Assembly (NCBI GenBank): GCA_024275165.1
Contig: JAJRZQ010000025.1
Coordinates: 50,519 to 114,518, forward strand
Direction of reading: 5' to 3'
Origin: a bacterium
GTDB taxonomy: Bacteria; SAR324; XYD2-FULL-50-16
DNA: 64,000 nucleotides
This document shows positions 7,975-17,989 of the stretch, in pieces. The translations under genes and the position numbers were made by a program. The notes beneath the pieces are model-generated. The model was not told the DNA's origin. It did not search any database and was given only the letters and a program-made list of their open reading frames with translations. How positions within the stretch are numbered: the first letter of the stretch is position 1; each line of letters starts with the position of its first letter.

Positions 7975-8949
7975 ATGCGCTTGATCCCACGCTCCCTACT
8001 TTTGGGGATAATTTTATTACTTTATCCATCTTTTTCTCTTCTGGCAATGGATAGGCTCCCTTGCGCCGGGGCCGCCTTGGCCGAAACCTTTTTGCCCGGG
8101 GCGGGCTTTGCCTTGAGCGGGAGTTGGGACAAGGCCTTGATTTTAGGCGGTGCCCGCTGGGCGACTATAAATCAATATTCTCAAGCGATTAAAGAAGCAG
8201 GCTATCAAGAAAAAGCAGATCAAATTTATGTGATCCGTGATTACACCGAAACGGCAAGTCAAAAAAACGAACTAGAAATATATTACAACCTCCCCACCTG
8301 GAACGCCAATTACTACGGCAGTCTTGCGGGCGATCTTTGGTTGATCAGCCTCAGCGACCTCTATGCCAATTCTTGCGAGCAAAACAACGAAACCTATGGT
8401 TATCTCGCCGCGCCCTTACAAATCGGTCACTTTTACGATAACTGGATGTTTTACCCCCCCATTTTGTTGGCGCTCTATAGCTACCAAACCTTTGATCAAA
8501 ATAGCACGGCAAATTATTATTTGGGAATGGGCCTCAGCGAGGGGCGACTCAAGCAAGATGCCTTTAGCCAATATTATTTGGTGGGTGTGGGCGAAGAGAT
8601 GTTTTTTCGAGGAGTGGTGCAAAATTGGTTTTTTGGGCTCTATGGAGAAAATTTCGGCCTCTCCAAAGAGCTTTCTCGACATTTGGCCGTTTGGAGCGGG
8701 GCCGCGGTTTTTGGCGCGGCCCACAACGGGCAGGGGCTCAGCGCCGCGCCAGGGGGGGCTTTTTTCATGGGGGCTTATTTGGGATACAGCTACCAGCCCT
8801 CCCTCGACGAGTTCGACCTCACCACCGCCATCGCCATCCATGCCTGGTGGAATATCTTGGTCACCTACGCGGTGTTAAACCACGCGACCTTTACAGAAAC
8901 CGAAAAAGAAGTGCAAGTCCCCCTATTGAATGTGGCCTTTCAATTTTAG
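7975..8949 (+). CDS. CPBP (Abi/CAAX-like) intramembrane glutamic endopeptidase with an N-terminal extension
   Basis: EEMFFRG, FGAAH and HAWWN motifs; N-terminal signal-like segment. Confidence 0.75.
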   Translation: MRLIPRSLLLGIILLLYPSFSLLAMDRLPCAGAALAETFLPGAGFALSGSWDKALILGGARWATINQYSQAIKEAGYQEKADQIYVIRDYTETASQKNELEIYYNLPTWNANYYGSLAGDLWLISLSDLYANSCEQNNETYGYLAAPLQIGHFYDNWMFYPPILLALYSYQTFDQNSTANYYLGMGLSEGRLKQDAFSQYYLVGVGEEMFFRGVVQNWFFGLYGENFGLSKELSRHLAVWSGAAVFGAAHNGQGLSAAPGGAFFMGAYLGYSYQPSLDEFDLTTAIAIHAWWNILVTYAVLNHATFTETEKEVQVPLLNVAFQF

Positions 8950-10391
8950 CCTAGGGGGTCGTGAAAACCGTGATTTTCCTCACAGGTCGAACAAGGGGTG
9001 AGGCGCTCGCAAGCCGAGAGCAGGCAACTGATCGTCTTTCCCTGAAGTCGTAAAATCACCCGCTCCATATGAGCGGCACGGCTGCCTTTGACTCCTATAA
9101 TCGCCCCGGGCTCATCATAGCTTTTGATGTCTTCTAAAAGCTTCGCCAAAGCGGGGTAATAACGGACATCCAACAAAGGGTGGGCCTGTTGAATCCGCTG
9201 CGCCAAGATTACCCCCGTGCCCCCGGTGAGCAGCAGGTGGTCAAGCTTTTTGGGGATATGCTCCGCAATGACTTCCGCGCTGAGGCTCAAGTCCTCTTCC
9301 AATTCACCGAGGTTTCCGATCACGGCGACATAGCTTTCTCCAGGGAGTTGAGTCAGCGTGTACAGCAGGTTGATCACCGATTCGGGGTTGGCGTTATAGG
9401 TATCGTCAATCAAGATGGCCCCCCTCGCGGTTTGCAGCAGCCCGCCCCTTCCCTTTTCGGTTGGAAGTTCCAAGCGATCCGGAAGCTTTTGAAATAAACC
9501 CAACTCGCAAAAAAGGGGCATTAGAGCCGTTAGGGTGGCAGGGGCATGGTACCCGGGGGAGGCAAGAAAAAAGTTCCGCTCTCCTTGGGGGGTTTTAATC
9601 CGCACCTCTTGCCCCTCTAACCGGTGATTAAGGCGCTCGTAAGCGTATTCCCCCCGAGCCTCGCCAAAGCTCACCCGTTTTAAAGGCGAACTCAACTCCA
9701 TGAGCTTGGTATCTTCCGCGGGCACAATCGCCAAGCCACCGGGCCGTTGGTGAGAAAAAATCTCCATCTTGGCTTGATAGGTCTTTTCCAAACTGCCGAA
9801 CCTGCCTAAATGGGCGTGGCCCACATTGAGCAACAAAGTGAAGTCCGCCGGAGCGATGCGGCTCAATAAAGCCAACTCCCCCAGGTTGTTGGTCCCCATT
9901 TCCAAAATCAGAATTTCCGTCTCTGGCCGCACCGCCAAAACCGTCAAGGGGCAGCCGATATGATTGTTGAAGTTTCCCGGGTTCGCGATCAAAGAATAAT
10001 AAGGCTTTAAAAGATAGGCCAGCCAAGTCTTGGCCGTTGTTTTACCGGAGCTGCCGGTCAAGGCGATGATCTTTCCCCTAAATTGCTTCGCCTGATGCCG
10101 CGCCAGCAGATGCAAGGCCGTTAAAACATCCTCAACCCAGAGTAAATGGAGCCCTCTTACCCTAGGGACTTCCTTGGAAACCAAAGCGAGCTTCACCCCC
10201 GACCCCTCTAGGGAGGGAAGAAAAGCATGGGCATCGCTCGCCCCGGGGAGGGTGAAAAAGATTTCCGCCCCTTGGGTCGCCCGTGAATCAAAAGTTCCCC
10301 CCACTAGGGTTTGGGTTAAGTCTTCTGGAGGGTTTAGCCATCTGCCTTGCGTGAGCTCGGCGATCTGCCCGAAGGTCAAAAGAGGGTTCAT
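8946..10391 (-). CDS. murF: UDP-MurNAc-tripeptide:D-Ala-D-Ala ligase
   Basis: DSR, LTGSSGKTTAK, NFNNHIGCPLT, EMGTNNLGE, DDTYNANPES, VKGSRAAHME. Confidence 0.9.
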   Translation of the reverse strand: MNPLLTFGQIAELTQGRWLNPPEDLTQTLVGGTFDSRATQGAEIFFTLPGASDAHAFLPSLEGSGVKLALVSKEVPRVRGLHLLWVEDVLTALHLLARHQAKQFRGKIIALTGSSGKTTAKTWLAYLLKPYYSLIANPGNFNNHIGCPLTVLAVRPETEILILEMGTNNLGELALLSRIAPADFTLLLNVGHAHLGRFGSLEKTYQAKMEIFSHQRPGGLAIVPAEDTKLMELSSPLKRVSFGEARGEYAYERLNHRLEGQEVRIKTPQGERNFFLASPGYHAPATLTALMPLFCELGLFQKLPDRLELPTEKGRGGLLQTARGAILIDDTYNANPESVINLLYTLTQLPGESYVAVIGNLGELEEDLSLSAEVIAEHIPKKLDHLLLTGGTGVILAQRIQQAHPLLDVRYYPALAKLLEDIKSYDEPGAIIGVKGSRAAHMERVILRLQGKTISCLLSACERLTPCSTCEENHGFHDPLG

Positions 10392-11506
10392 GTTGCAGGG
10401 GGGAAAAAATCAAAAATTTGCAATTGCCGGTTTTCCGCCCGGGCCGCTTCTTGGGATGGGTGAATCAACTGCCCTAAACTTAAACCCAAAAGGCGAATTT
10501 TTCTGCCCTCTGCCGAGCTTTGCCAGAGGCTTGCTAGTTTTTCTTGGGCAAAACAACGCATCTGCTCGAAACTTAGAGGGCCTTGGCGCTGGCTCAGGGC
10601 TCGGGTGATTTGGGTAAAGTCGGAAAATTTTACCTTTAAGGTAAAGCTTCTGCCTTGTTGTTGCTTGCCTTGAAGCCGTTTGTAAAGCCCTACAAAGAGA
10701 TTTTCCAATTCCTCGGCCAAGGCCGGGCCGTGAGCTAGGTCTTGGGAGAAGGTGGACTCAATCCCGATTGATTTTCGTTCTCGGCGCGGGGTCACTTCCC
10801 TAAAGTCCAACCCCCTGGCGTAGAGGTAAAGCTGCCCCCCCATTTTACCCAAGGTGTTTTCCAACTCGGCCAAAGAATAACGATGAAGGTCTCGCACTCG
10901 TTGAATGCCCTGGGCGACCAGTTTCGCGCCTGTTACCTTGCCCACCCCGAACAGAACCCCTACGGGCAAGGGAGCCAAAAAATCCAAGGCCTTTTGCGGG
11001 GGGACGACGGTCAAGCCGTCCGGCTTATTTTGCCCTGTTGCCAACTTGGCTAAAAATTTATTGTAACTGACCCCCGCTGACGCCGTGAGGCCGGTTTGGC
11101 TTAAGATTTCTTGGCGAATCCGTTGGGCAATCCAGGTTGCGGAAGGAACCTCCATCAGGTTTTGGGTGACATCCAACCAGGCTTCGTCTAAAGATAAAGG
11201 CTCAACTAAGTCGGTGTATTGGTAAAAAATTTGCCGAACCTGCTGAGAGATTTCCGCGTAGCGCTCAAAGCGGGGAGGGAGAAAAACGGCCTGGGGGCAC
11301 CGCCTATAGGCTTCAGCGCAAGGCATGGCGGAGCGTATTCCGAACTTTCTTGCCTCGTAGCTCGCCGCGCAGACCACCCCACGGCTTTGGGGGCTGCCCC
11401 CGACTAAGACGGGTCGCCCTTGTAGGCTCGGTTGGTCTAGAATTTCCACGGAGGCAAAAAAAGCGTCCATGTCAACATGGATAATCTTTCTTAGAGGAAG
11501 GTTCAT
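10388..11506 (-). CDS. dinB: DNA polymerase IV (DinB)
   Basis: IIHVDMDAFFASVE, AASYEARKFG, SLDEAWLD, NKFLAK, GVG, KSIG.E.TF. Start taken at ATG 11506. Confidence 0.95.
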   Translation of the reverse strand: MNLPLRKIIHVDMDAFFASVEILDQPSLQGRPVLVGGSPQSRGVVCAASYEARKFGIRSAMPCAEAYRRCPQAVFLPPRFERYAEISQQVRQIFYQYTDLVEPLSLDEAWLDVTQNLMEVPSATWIAQRIRQEILSQTGLTASAGVSYNKFLAKLATGQNKPDGLTVVPPQKALDFLAPLPVGVLFGVGKVTGAKLVAQGIQRVRDLHRYSLAELENTLGKMGGQLYLYARGLDFREVTPRRERKSIGIESTFSQDLAHGPALAEELENLFVGLYKRLQGKQQQGRSFTLKVKFSDFTQITRALSQRQGPLSFEQMRCFAQEKLASLWQSSAEGRKIRLLGLSLGQLIHPSQEAARAENRQLQIFDFFPPAT

Positions 11507-11582
11507 CGGCCCCCAACAGGGTAAATTGAACAAATGTTCTGATTTAATCTAACCTCCTGGAGGGGGAAAGACAAGGGTTTTT

Positions 11583-12245
11583 ATGATTATCGCGATTGAT
11601 GGCCCCGCAGGGAGCGGAAAAAGCACCGTAGCCAAACTGTTAGCCCAAGAACTGGGGATCGAATACATTGATTCGGGCGCCATCTATCGCACCTTAGCCT
11701 ACTTCGGGGTGCGACAATGGGGGGAGGCGCAAGGCCACGCAGAAGAGATTGCCGCATATTTTACGCAAGCCCCCTCAGCCTTGCGGATTCTCTACCGAGA
11801 CCACCGGCAAATCATGCTGTTGCAAGGCAAAGAACTACAACAAGAAATCCGCGGTTTAAAAGTAACCGCTCAGGTGCGCTGGGTCGCCAATCATAAAGGA
11901 TGCCGGGATTTTGCCAACGCCCAGATACGCGCTATCGCCAACCAATACGCTTGCGTGGTGGATGGTCGAGATATCGGCACGGTGGTCTTTCCTCGTTCTC
12001 TCAATAAGTTTTATTTAAATGCCGACCCCCGGGTACGGGCTGTGAGACGGGCGCAAGAGCTCGGCATCGCTTTAGCGGGGGCTGAGTTTGAAGCCTTGGT
12101 GAGAGAAATTCAAGAGCGGGATCAAAACGATATGCAAAGAGAGCTGGCCCCCTTGCAAAAAGCAACGGACGCCATCGAAATCGACAGTACCGGCTTAACC
12201 CCTCAAGAAGTGCTGGCCTCCATTCGCCAACAACTTGTCTTGTAG
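11583..12245 (+). CDS. cmk: Cytidylate kinase
   Basis: IAIDGPAGSGKST, DSGAIYR, VDGRDIGTVVFP. Confidence 0.95.
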   Translation: MIIAIDGPAGSGKSTVAKLLAQELGIEYIDSGAIYRTLAYFGVRQWGEAQGHAEEIAAYFTQAPSALRILYRDHRQIMLLQGKELQQEIRGLKVTAQVRWVANHKGCRDFANAQIRAIANQYACVVDGRDIGTVVFPRSLNKFYLNADPRVRAVRRAQELGIALAGAEFEALVREIQERDQNDMQRELAPLQKATDAIEIDSTGLTPQEVLASIRQQLVL

Positions 12246-12254
12246 CCAAGGGGC

Positions 12255-12740
12255 TTAACCGGCTAAAGGCTTAGGCTTGCTGAGGGTAAAGGCGGCAAAA
12301 ATCCGTTTTGCCTCGACCAATAAGAACTTCCTCCCTCGCCAGGGCAGGTACCAGCCTAAAGCGGTGGTGGGCATCTTAGGGGGAAGGCGTTTGATCGCTG
12401 TAATTTCTCGCCGGGGCGCCTTTAAACTGGACTTATCCAAATAGCCCAAGGTGTTTTCGATATAAAGTCCCAACAGAGGGTCTTTTTTGTCTTTTTGCTG
12501 AAAAAAGAACACCTGCCCTCCCTTGCTGAAGCTCAAGGGACTTAAACCGAGCAACTGCCCAAAGTGAAGCAAGTGCCCGGTAGGCGCTTTTGGGTTCGAG
12601 GAGGTAAATTGCCAAGCAAAGCCTTGATCTTGACTCGAAGAGATTTCCAACTCCCGCATAGATAAAGGCGGGGAATATTCTTCTGGGTCTAAAGCAAAAT
12701 CAAACCCCGCTTGATGGAAAATTAAGTAATGCTGGTCCAT
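12255..12740 (-). CDS. Hypothetical protein, possibly CheW-like domain
   Basis: YLIF..AG..FAL start, LGQLLG and LGLYIENTLG patterns resemble CheW; weak. Confidence 0.45.
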   Translation of the reverse strand: MDQHYLIFHQAGFDFALDPEEYSPPLSMRELEISSSQDQGFAWQFTSSNPKAPTGHLLHFGQLLGLSPLSFSKGGQVFFFQQKDKKDPLLGLYIENTLGYLDKSSLKAPRREITAIKRLPPKMPTTALGWYLPWRGRKFLLVEAKRIFAAFTLSKPKPLAG

Positions 12741-12855
12741 GAAAAAAAGGCTCCGGGCTTGCTTTGTTTCTTTCTGAGGTTTATATTTCTATTTCGCCTC
12801 ACAGGGTTTTGTCAAATTTCTCTGTCTAAAGGTTTAAACCACAATATCGCGCAGC

Positions 12856-14754
12856 ATGAATCAACGGACCGACCCCCCCTCTTACCCCTTGCTGGAACAG
12901 CTTTCTAGTGTCAAGGAGTTACAGGGCTATTCTATTGCCAAGCTGGAGCAACTAGCCCAGTCCTGCCGCGCGCGCATGATCGAGGTGACCAGTAAAAACG
13001 GAGGGCACTTAGCCAGTAGCCTAGGCACCGTGGAATTAACCCTGGCCTTGGCAAAGGTATTTGACCTTTCTAAAGACAAACTCATTTGGGATGTCGGGCA
13101 CCAAGCCTATACTTATAAATTGATCACGGGGCGGCATGCCCAATTTGATCAATTGGGTAAAAAAGAGGGCATCGGCAAATTTTTAAAACGCAGCGAATCC
13201 CCCTTAGATCACTTTGGCGCGGGGCACGCTTCCACCTCGATCTCTGCCGGCTTAGGCATTGCCGTGGGCAATCGCCTGCAAAAAAAAGGGGATAAAACCA
13301 TCGTGGTCATTGGGGACGGCTCCCTAACGGGCGGCATGGCCTACGAGGCGATGAACCACGCCGGGCACCTTTCCGAAGACCTAATCGTCATCCTCAACGA
13401 CAATGAAATGTCGATTGATCCGGTGGTCGGGGCCTTGTCGAAAACCATCATCAACATCTCTGCCTCAAAATCCTTTAACCTCTTTCGAGGGGAAATCAGT
13501 CGCCTCTCGAAAGAGAGCATTCTCCCTCGCCCCTTACTCAATGGCTTAAAGCGGGTCAATGAATCCTTTATGGCCTTTTTTACCCAAGGGGTTTGGTTTG
13601 AAAACCTAAATTTTCGCTATTTTGGTCAGGTCGATGGGCATAAGTTTAAAGATTTGATCAGCCTGTTCAAACATACCAAAAACATCCCCGGCCCACTGCT
13701 GCTTCATGTTTCGACCCAAAAAGGAAAGGGCTACTCCTTTGCCGAAGAAGACGCCTTAAATTATCACGGAGTCAGCGCCTTTGACCCCAGTACGGGCCAA
13801 GCCCACGCGAAAAGCGCCAAGGGAAAGAGCTATACGGCGATCTGGGAGGAATGCTTCACCGAGATCATGAAAAAAGACGAGCAAGTCGTGGCGTTGTCCG
13901 CCGCCATGTTGGGCAACACCGGCTTAGCCGACTTGGAAAAAGAATACCCCACCCGCATCTTTGATGTCGGCATCGCAGAAGAGCACGGGGTTACTTTTTC
14001 CGCCGGTTTGGCCACCGAGGGGTTAAAACCTTTTGTGGTGATCTATTCCACCTTTTTGCAGCGCGCCATGGATCAAATCGTGCATGATGTGGCGCTGCAA
14101 AACCTGCCCGTGCGCTTTATCCTAGATCGGGCGGGCTTTGTCGGCCCGGATGGGGCAACGCATCATGGAGTTTTAGATTTAACCTACTTGAGAATGATCC
14201 CCAATCTTGTTATTCTGGCCCCTAAGGATGGAGACGAGTTCAAAGCCATGATCCACTTTGTCCACCACTATGACCAGGGGCCCATTGCCTTGCGTTTTCC
14301 CAGGGCGAACTGCGAAAAGCAAAACATGAACACCGCTCCCATTCAATTGGGTCGGGGCGAATTGCTCGCTCCAGGAAAGGATGTCTGCTTGATTGCCCTA
14401 GGCACCCTGGTGGAGGGGGCCTTAAACTTAAAAGCTCAATTGGCTGAAAAGGGGATCGAAGCAAGCGTAATCAACGCGCGCTTTGCCAAGCCCTTGGATG
14501 AAAAATTAATTTTGAGCCAAGCGCGTAACGCGCCCGCTTTGATCACCTTAGAAGAAGGCAGCGAGATCGGCGGGTTCGGCAGCGCGATTTTAGAGCTTTT
14601 GGCAAAACAAGGCCTGATGAAACCGGTTTTGCGTCTCGCGATTCCCGACCGGTTTTTTGAGCATGCCAGCCGTGACGAACAACTTGAGGCGGCGGGGCTA
14701 AGTGAGAAACAAATGCGACGGCGCATTGAGGATTTTTTACAACAACTTAATTAA
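12856..14754 (+). CDS. dxs: 1-deoxy-D-xylulose-5-phosphate synthase
   Basis: GGHLASSLGTVELT, WDVGHQAY, GDGSLTGG...NDNEMSI, DVGIAEEH, IYSTFLQRA. Confidence 0.97.
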   Translation: MNQRTDPPSYPLLEQLSSVKELQGYSIAKLEQLAQSCRARMIEVTSKNGGHLASSLGTVELTLALAKVFDLSKDKLIWDVGHQAYTYKLITGRHAQFDQLGKKEGIGKFLKRSESPLDHFGAGHASTSISAGLGIAVGNRLQKKGDKTIVVIGDGSLTGGMAYEAMNHAGHLSEDLIVILNDNEMSIDPVVGALSKTIINISASKSFNLFRGEISRLSKESILPRPLLNGLKRVNESFMAFFTQGVWFENLNFRYFGQVDGHKFKDLISLFKHTKNIPGPLLLHVSTQKGKGYSFAEEDALNYHGVSAFDPSTGQAHAKSAKGKSYTAIWEECFTEIMKKDEQVVALSAAMLGNTGLADLEKEYPTRIFDVGIAEEHGVTFSAGLATEGLKPFVVIYSTFLQRAMDQIVHDVALQNLPVRFILDRAGFVGPDGATHHGVLDLTYLRMIPNLVILAPKDGDEFKAMIHFVHHYDQGPIALRFPRANCEKQNMNTAPIQLGRGELLAPGKDVCLIALGTLVEGALNLKAQLAEKGIEASVINARFAKPLDEKLILSQARNAPALITLEEGSEIGGFGSAILELLAKQGLMKPVLRLAIPDRFFEHASRDEQLEAAGLSEKQMRRRIEDFLQQLN

Positions 14755-14757
14755 AGC

Positions 14758-15255
14758 ATGAACCAGAATTTTCTTTTTGCTTGGCCCATGGCCTGGTTGG
14801 CGCTCTCTACCCTCTATGGGTTTGATGGGGGTCTGCGGCTTTTTGGCCGCCCTTGGGTGGCGATTGTTTTGTTTTTCGGCTGCTGGTTTCTCTTAGAAAG
14901 CCTGCGCCAGCGACCCACAAACCAAACCAAGGGGCAAAACCCAAGCTTCAACCAGGCCAAGAGCAAAAAAAAGGTCTTGCGCCTCCAAGATTACCGCTTC
15001 CAAGACCCCCCCCCTGAATCGGGTTGGGTCTCGGTTTATCGCAGTGAAGACCCGGCCATGGTGGGCATGGTTCAATCTATCTTAGCCTCACGCGAAGTGG
15101 CGACCCAGGTGATCAATCTACATGCGGCCAGTTTTTTTCCCAATGTTGAAGGCATGGCCATGGAAATCTGTGTGGCCCCAAAACAGTCAGGCCAAGCTTT
15201 ACAAATCTTGAGGGATCACAACCTCATTCCTCCGGTGAAGGATCAATTTTCATGA
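14758..15255 (+). CDS. Membrane protein with C-terminal DUF2007-like domain
   Basis: Two N-terminal TM segments; C-terminal WVSVY...MVQSILASREV...EICV....GQALQIL pattern. Confidence 0.55.
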   Translation: MNQNFLFAWPMAWLALSTLYGFDGGLRLFGRPWVAIVLFFGCWFLLESLRQRPTNQTKGQNPSFNQAKSKKKVLRLQDYRFQDPPPESGWVSVYRSEDPAMVGMVQSILASREVATQVINLHAASFFPNVEGMAMEICVAPKQSGQALQILRDHNLIPPVKDQFS

Positions 15256-16988
15256 TCGCAGAAGCTCTACTCAAAAAAGCCCAAACCTGGGCCGAAAATC
15301 CAGCCTTTGACCTTGCCTTTCGCCAAGAGATTTTAAATCTTATCGAGCAAAACCAGGAAACGGAACTGACAGATCGTTTTTATAAAGATCTGGAATTCGG
15401 CACCGGTGGTTTACGGGGCATTATGGGCGCCGGCTCCAATCGAATGAATGTCTATACGGTGCGCCTCGCCTCGCAGGGGTTGGCCAACTACATCTTAAAG
15501 TCCGGGGCGCCCTCCCCCTCCATCGCCATTGCCTACGATTCCAGAAATCACTCCGCCTCCTTTGCCTTGGAAGTGGCCAAGGTAATGGCGGGCAACCAGA
15601 TCACCGCTTGGTTGTTTGACGAACTGCGCCCCACCCCTTTGCTGAGTTTCGCGGTTCGCAGCTTGCAAACCACTGCCGGAGTCGTGGTCACGGCGAGTCA
15701 CAACCCGAAGGAGTACAACGGGTATAAGGTCTATTGGTCCGATGGCTGTCAGGTAACAGCCCCCCACGATGGCTTGATTATTCAAGAGGTCAAGGCCTTG
15801 ACCGATTTTTCCCAAATCAAGGTCGCCGAGGAGCAAGCCGCTAAAAAAGCGGGCCTTATTCAAGCGATCCCCACCTCTGTAGAAGAAGACTACTACCGGC
15901 AAGTCATTGCCTTAAGCCAGAGCCGAAAAGAAACCCATAGGGGCTTTGGAGTGGTCTACACCCCCCTGCACGGAACCGGCAAGACCCCTGTTGTGGAGGT
16001 CTTAACCCGCAGGGGCTTTGACCAATTGACGCTGGTGGCGCAACAAGCAGAACCGGATGGGAATTTTTCCACCCTGCGCAGCCCCAACCCCGAAGAGGCC
16101 GGCGCCTTAGAATTGGCCGTAGAAACCGCGACAGCGCAAGATTACTTAATCATCGCCACAGACCCTGACGCCGACCGCATCGGGGCTATGACCAAGCACC
16201 ACGGGGAATGGGAACTCCTCAACGGCAACCAGATTGGGCAAATTCTGCTTTTTTATTACTTGAATAAATTAAAGGAAAGCGGGAATTTGCCCCAAAAAGG
16301 CGTATATGTCAGCACCATCGTGACCAGTACCTTAGGGGCGAAAATCGCCGGTAAATTTGGCTTAAAGGTTTATGAAACCCTAACGGGCTTTAAATGGATC
16401 GGTCAGGTCATCGGTGAAATAGAAAAAAATCCCCAACGGGGGGAGACTTATGTCTTTGGCACCGAAGAAAGCCACGGCTATCTCTTTGGCGATTTCGTAC
16501 GCGATAAGGACGCGATCAGCGCGGCGATGATCTTAGCCGAAGCGGCGGCGGAACTGCATGAATACGGTTTGAGCTTGATGGATTTGCTCAACCAGATTCA
16601 TCAAATCTACGACTTTCACACCGACGCCTTGGTCAACAAAACCATCAAGGGGAAAAGCGGACAAGAAAGAATCCAAAGGATCATGCAGGGGTTGCGAAAG
16701 CATCCCCCCACTTTTATTGGGGGGATCGCGGTGGAGCGAATTTTCGACTACCAAACCCAAACCATCACGGCCAGTGAAGGGGGGGAAGAGGTCGGTTCTT
16801 TAGACCTGCCGCAATCGAATGTCATCGCCTTTTTGCTCGCCGATGGCAGCCGCATCACGGCGCGCCCTTCAGGGACCGAACCGAAGATTAAATTTTACTT
16901 CAATCTCTGCGGCGGCAACGCCAAGCAGTTGAGTATCCAACGAGAGCTTTATATTCGCGACTTCAACCACCTCATCAACGAGTATTAA
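15252..16988 (+). CDS. pgm: Phosphoglucomutase/phosphomannomutase
   Basis: FGTGGLRG, phosphoserine motif TASHNP, DPDADR, GTEES, RPSGTEPKIK. Confidence 0.93.
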   Translation: MIAEALLKKAQTWAENPAFDLAFRQEILNLIEQNQETELTDRFYKDLEFGTGGLRGIMGAGSNRMNVYTVRLASQGLANYILKSGAPSPSIAIAYDSRNHSASFALEVAKVMAGNQITAWLFDELRPTPLLSFAVRSLQTTAGVVVTASHNPKEYNGYKVYWSDGCQVTAPHDGLIIQEVKALTDFSQIKVAEEQAAKKAGLIQAIPTSVEEDYYRQVIALSQSRKETHRGFGVVYTPLHGTGKTPVVEVLTRRGFDQLTLVAQQAEPDGNFSTLRSPNPEEAGALELAVETATAQDYLIIATDPDADRIGAMTKHHGEWELLNGNQIGQILLFYYLNKLKESGNLPQKGVYVSTIVTSTLGAKIAGKFGLKVYETLTGFKWIGQVIGEIEKNPQRGETYVFGTEESHGYLFGDFVRDKDAISAAMILAEAAAELHEYGLSLMDLLNQIHQIYDFHTDALVNKTIKGKSGQERIQRIMQGLRKHPPTFIGGIAVERIFDYQTQTITASEGGEEVGSLDLPQSNVIAFLLADGSRITARPSGTEPKIKFYFNLCGGNAKQLSIQRELYIRDFNHLINEY

Positions 16989-16990
16989 CT

Positions 16991-17209
16991 ATGGAAAAAG
17001 CAGATTTAACCCTCATCGAAAAGCACCGCAAGGACAATTACCAACTCGATAAACTGTTTAAAGAACACCTGGAGTTAAAAGAGCGCATCCACAAAATGGA
17101 AGGGGCAAAGGGGTTGGGCGCCAATGAGGAAAAAGAATTGCACCTGTTAAAGAAAAAAAAGTTGGATGGTCGCGAAAAGCTGGAAGACCTCTTAAAAGAA
17201 TTACGCTAA
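16991..17209 (+). CDS. DUF465/YdcH-like small coiled-coil protein
   Basis: LFKEHLEL...LKKKKL..RE pattern, 72 aa. Confidence 0.75.
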   Translation: MEKADLTLIEKHRKDNYQLDKLFKEHLELKERIHKMEGAKGLGANEEKELHLLKKKKLDGREKLEDLLKELR

Positions 17210-17213
17210 GGGC

Positions 17214-17978
17214 ATGGAACCCCTTACCCTTTGGGGGTTCCTCTTTTTTTCCGGGGCCCTCTTCGGCTCTTTTATTTTTACGACCGCAAAGCGGCTGGCC
17301 CAGGGGCAAAGCTTACTCACCCCTTCTCGCTGCGATGCCTGCGGCGCGCCGATCAGCCCCTTGGGGCTGGTTCCCTTTGTGGGCTGGCTCGTTCAACGAG
17401 GTCGCTGTAGGGCCTGCAAAACACCCATTTCCTGGAAATATCCCTGTTTTGAGTTGATCAACGGCCTTTGGGTTTGCTGGGTTTTTGCCCAAAACGGGCT
17501 GAATGGGGCCGGCTACTTTACCCTGGCCATCACGGAATTGTTTTGGCTGCTCGCGCTGCTCGATTTCCTCTCCTTGGAAATAGCCCTCACCCCTTTATTG
17601 CTCGCCCTTTTGCTGCGAGGGGCGGAGTTGACCTTTTTTGCCCCAGAGCAATTTATCGATGCCTTGATCGGTCTCTTTGCCGGGGCCGGGGTATTGCATT
17701 GGGTGCGGAGTCTGTATTTTTTCCTGCGCCACCGTGAGGGATTGGGGGAGGGGGACGCCACCCTATTGGGCTTAATCGGCTTTTGGCTCGGTTGGCAGGC
17801 TCTGTTGCCTGTTTTGTTTCTCGCCAGCCTATTGGGGGTTTTATTCGCCTTAACCCTTATATTATTTCGCTTTGCCACGATTCGACAAGAATTTGCCTTT
17901 GGCCCTTGGCTTATTTTAGCAAGCTTTGTATTCTGGTCTTTTCAGCCTCTATTGCAGCCGGGCCGCCTCTTTTATTAA
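17214..17978 (+). CDS. pilD: Prepilin peptidase (A24)
   Basis: GSF, PSRCDACG, GRCRAC, YPCFE, GLGEGDATL, FAFGPWL. Confidence 0.9.
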   Translation: MEPLTLWGFLFFSGALFGSFIFTTAKRLAQGQSLLTPSRCDACGAPISPLGLVPFVGWLVQRGRCRACKTPISWKYPCFELINGLWVCWVFAQNGLNGAGYFTLAITELFWLLALLDFLSLEIALTPLLLALLLRGAELTFFAPEQFIDALIGLFAGAGVLHWVRSLYFFLRHREGLGEGDATLLGLIGFWLGWQALLPVLFLASLLGVLFALTLILFRFATIRQEFAFGPWLILASFVFWSFQPLLQPGRLFY

Positions 17979-17989
17979 GGATTCGATTC

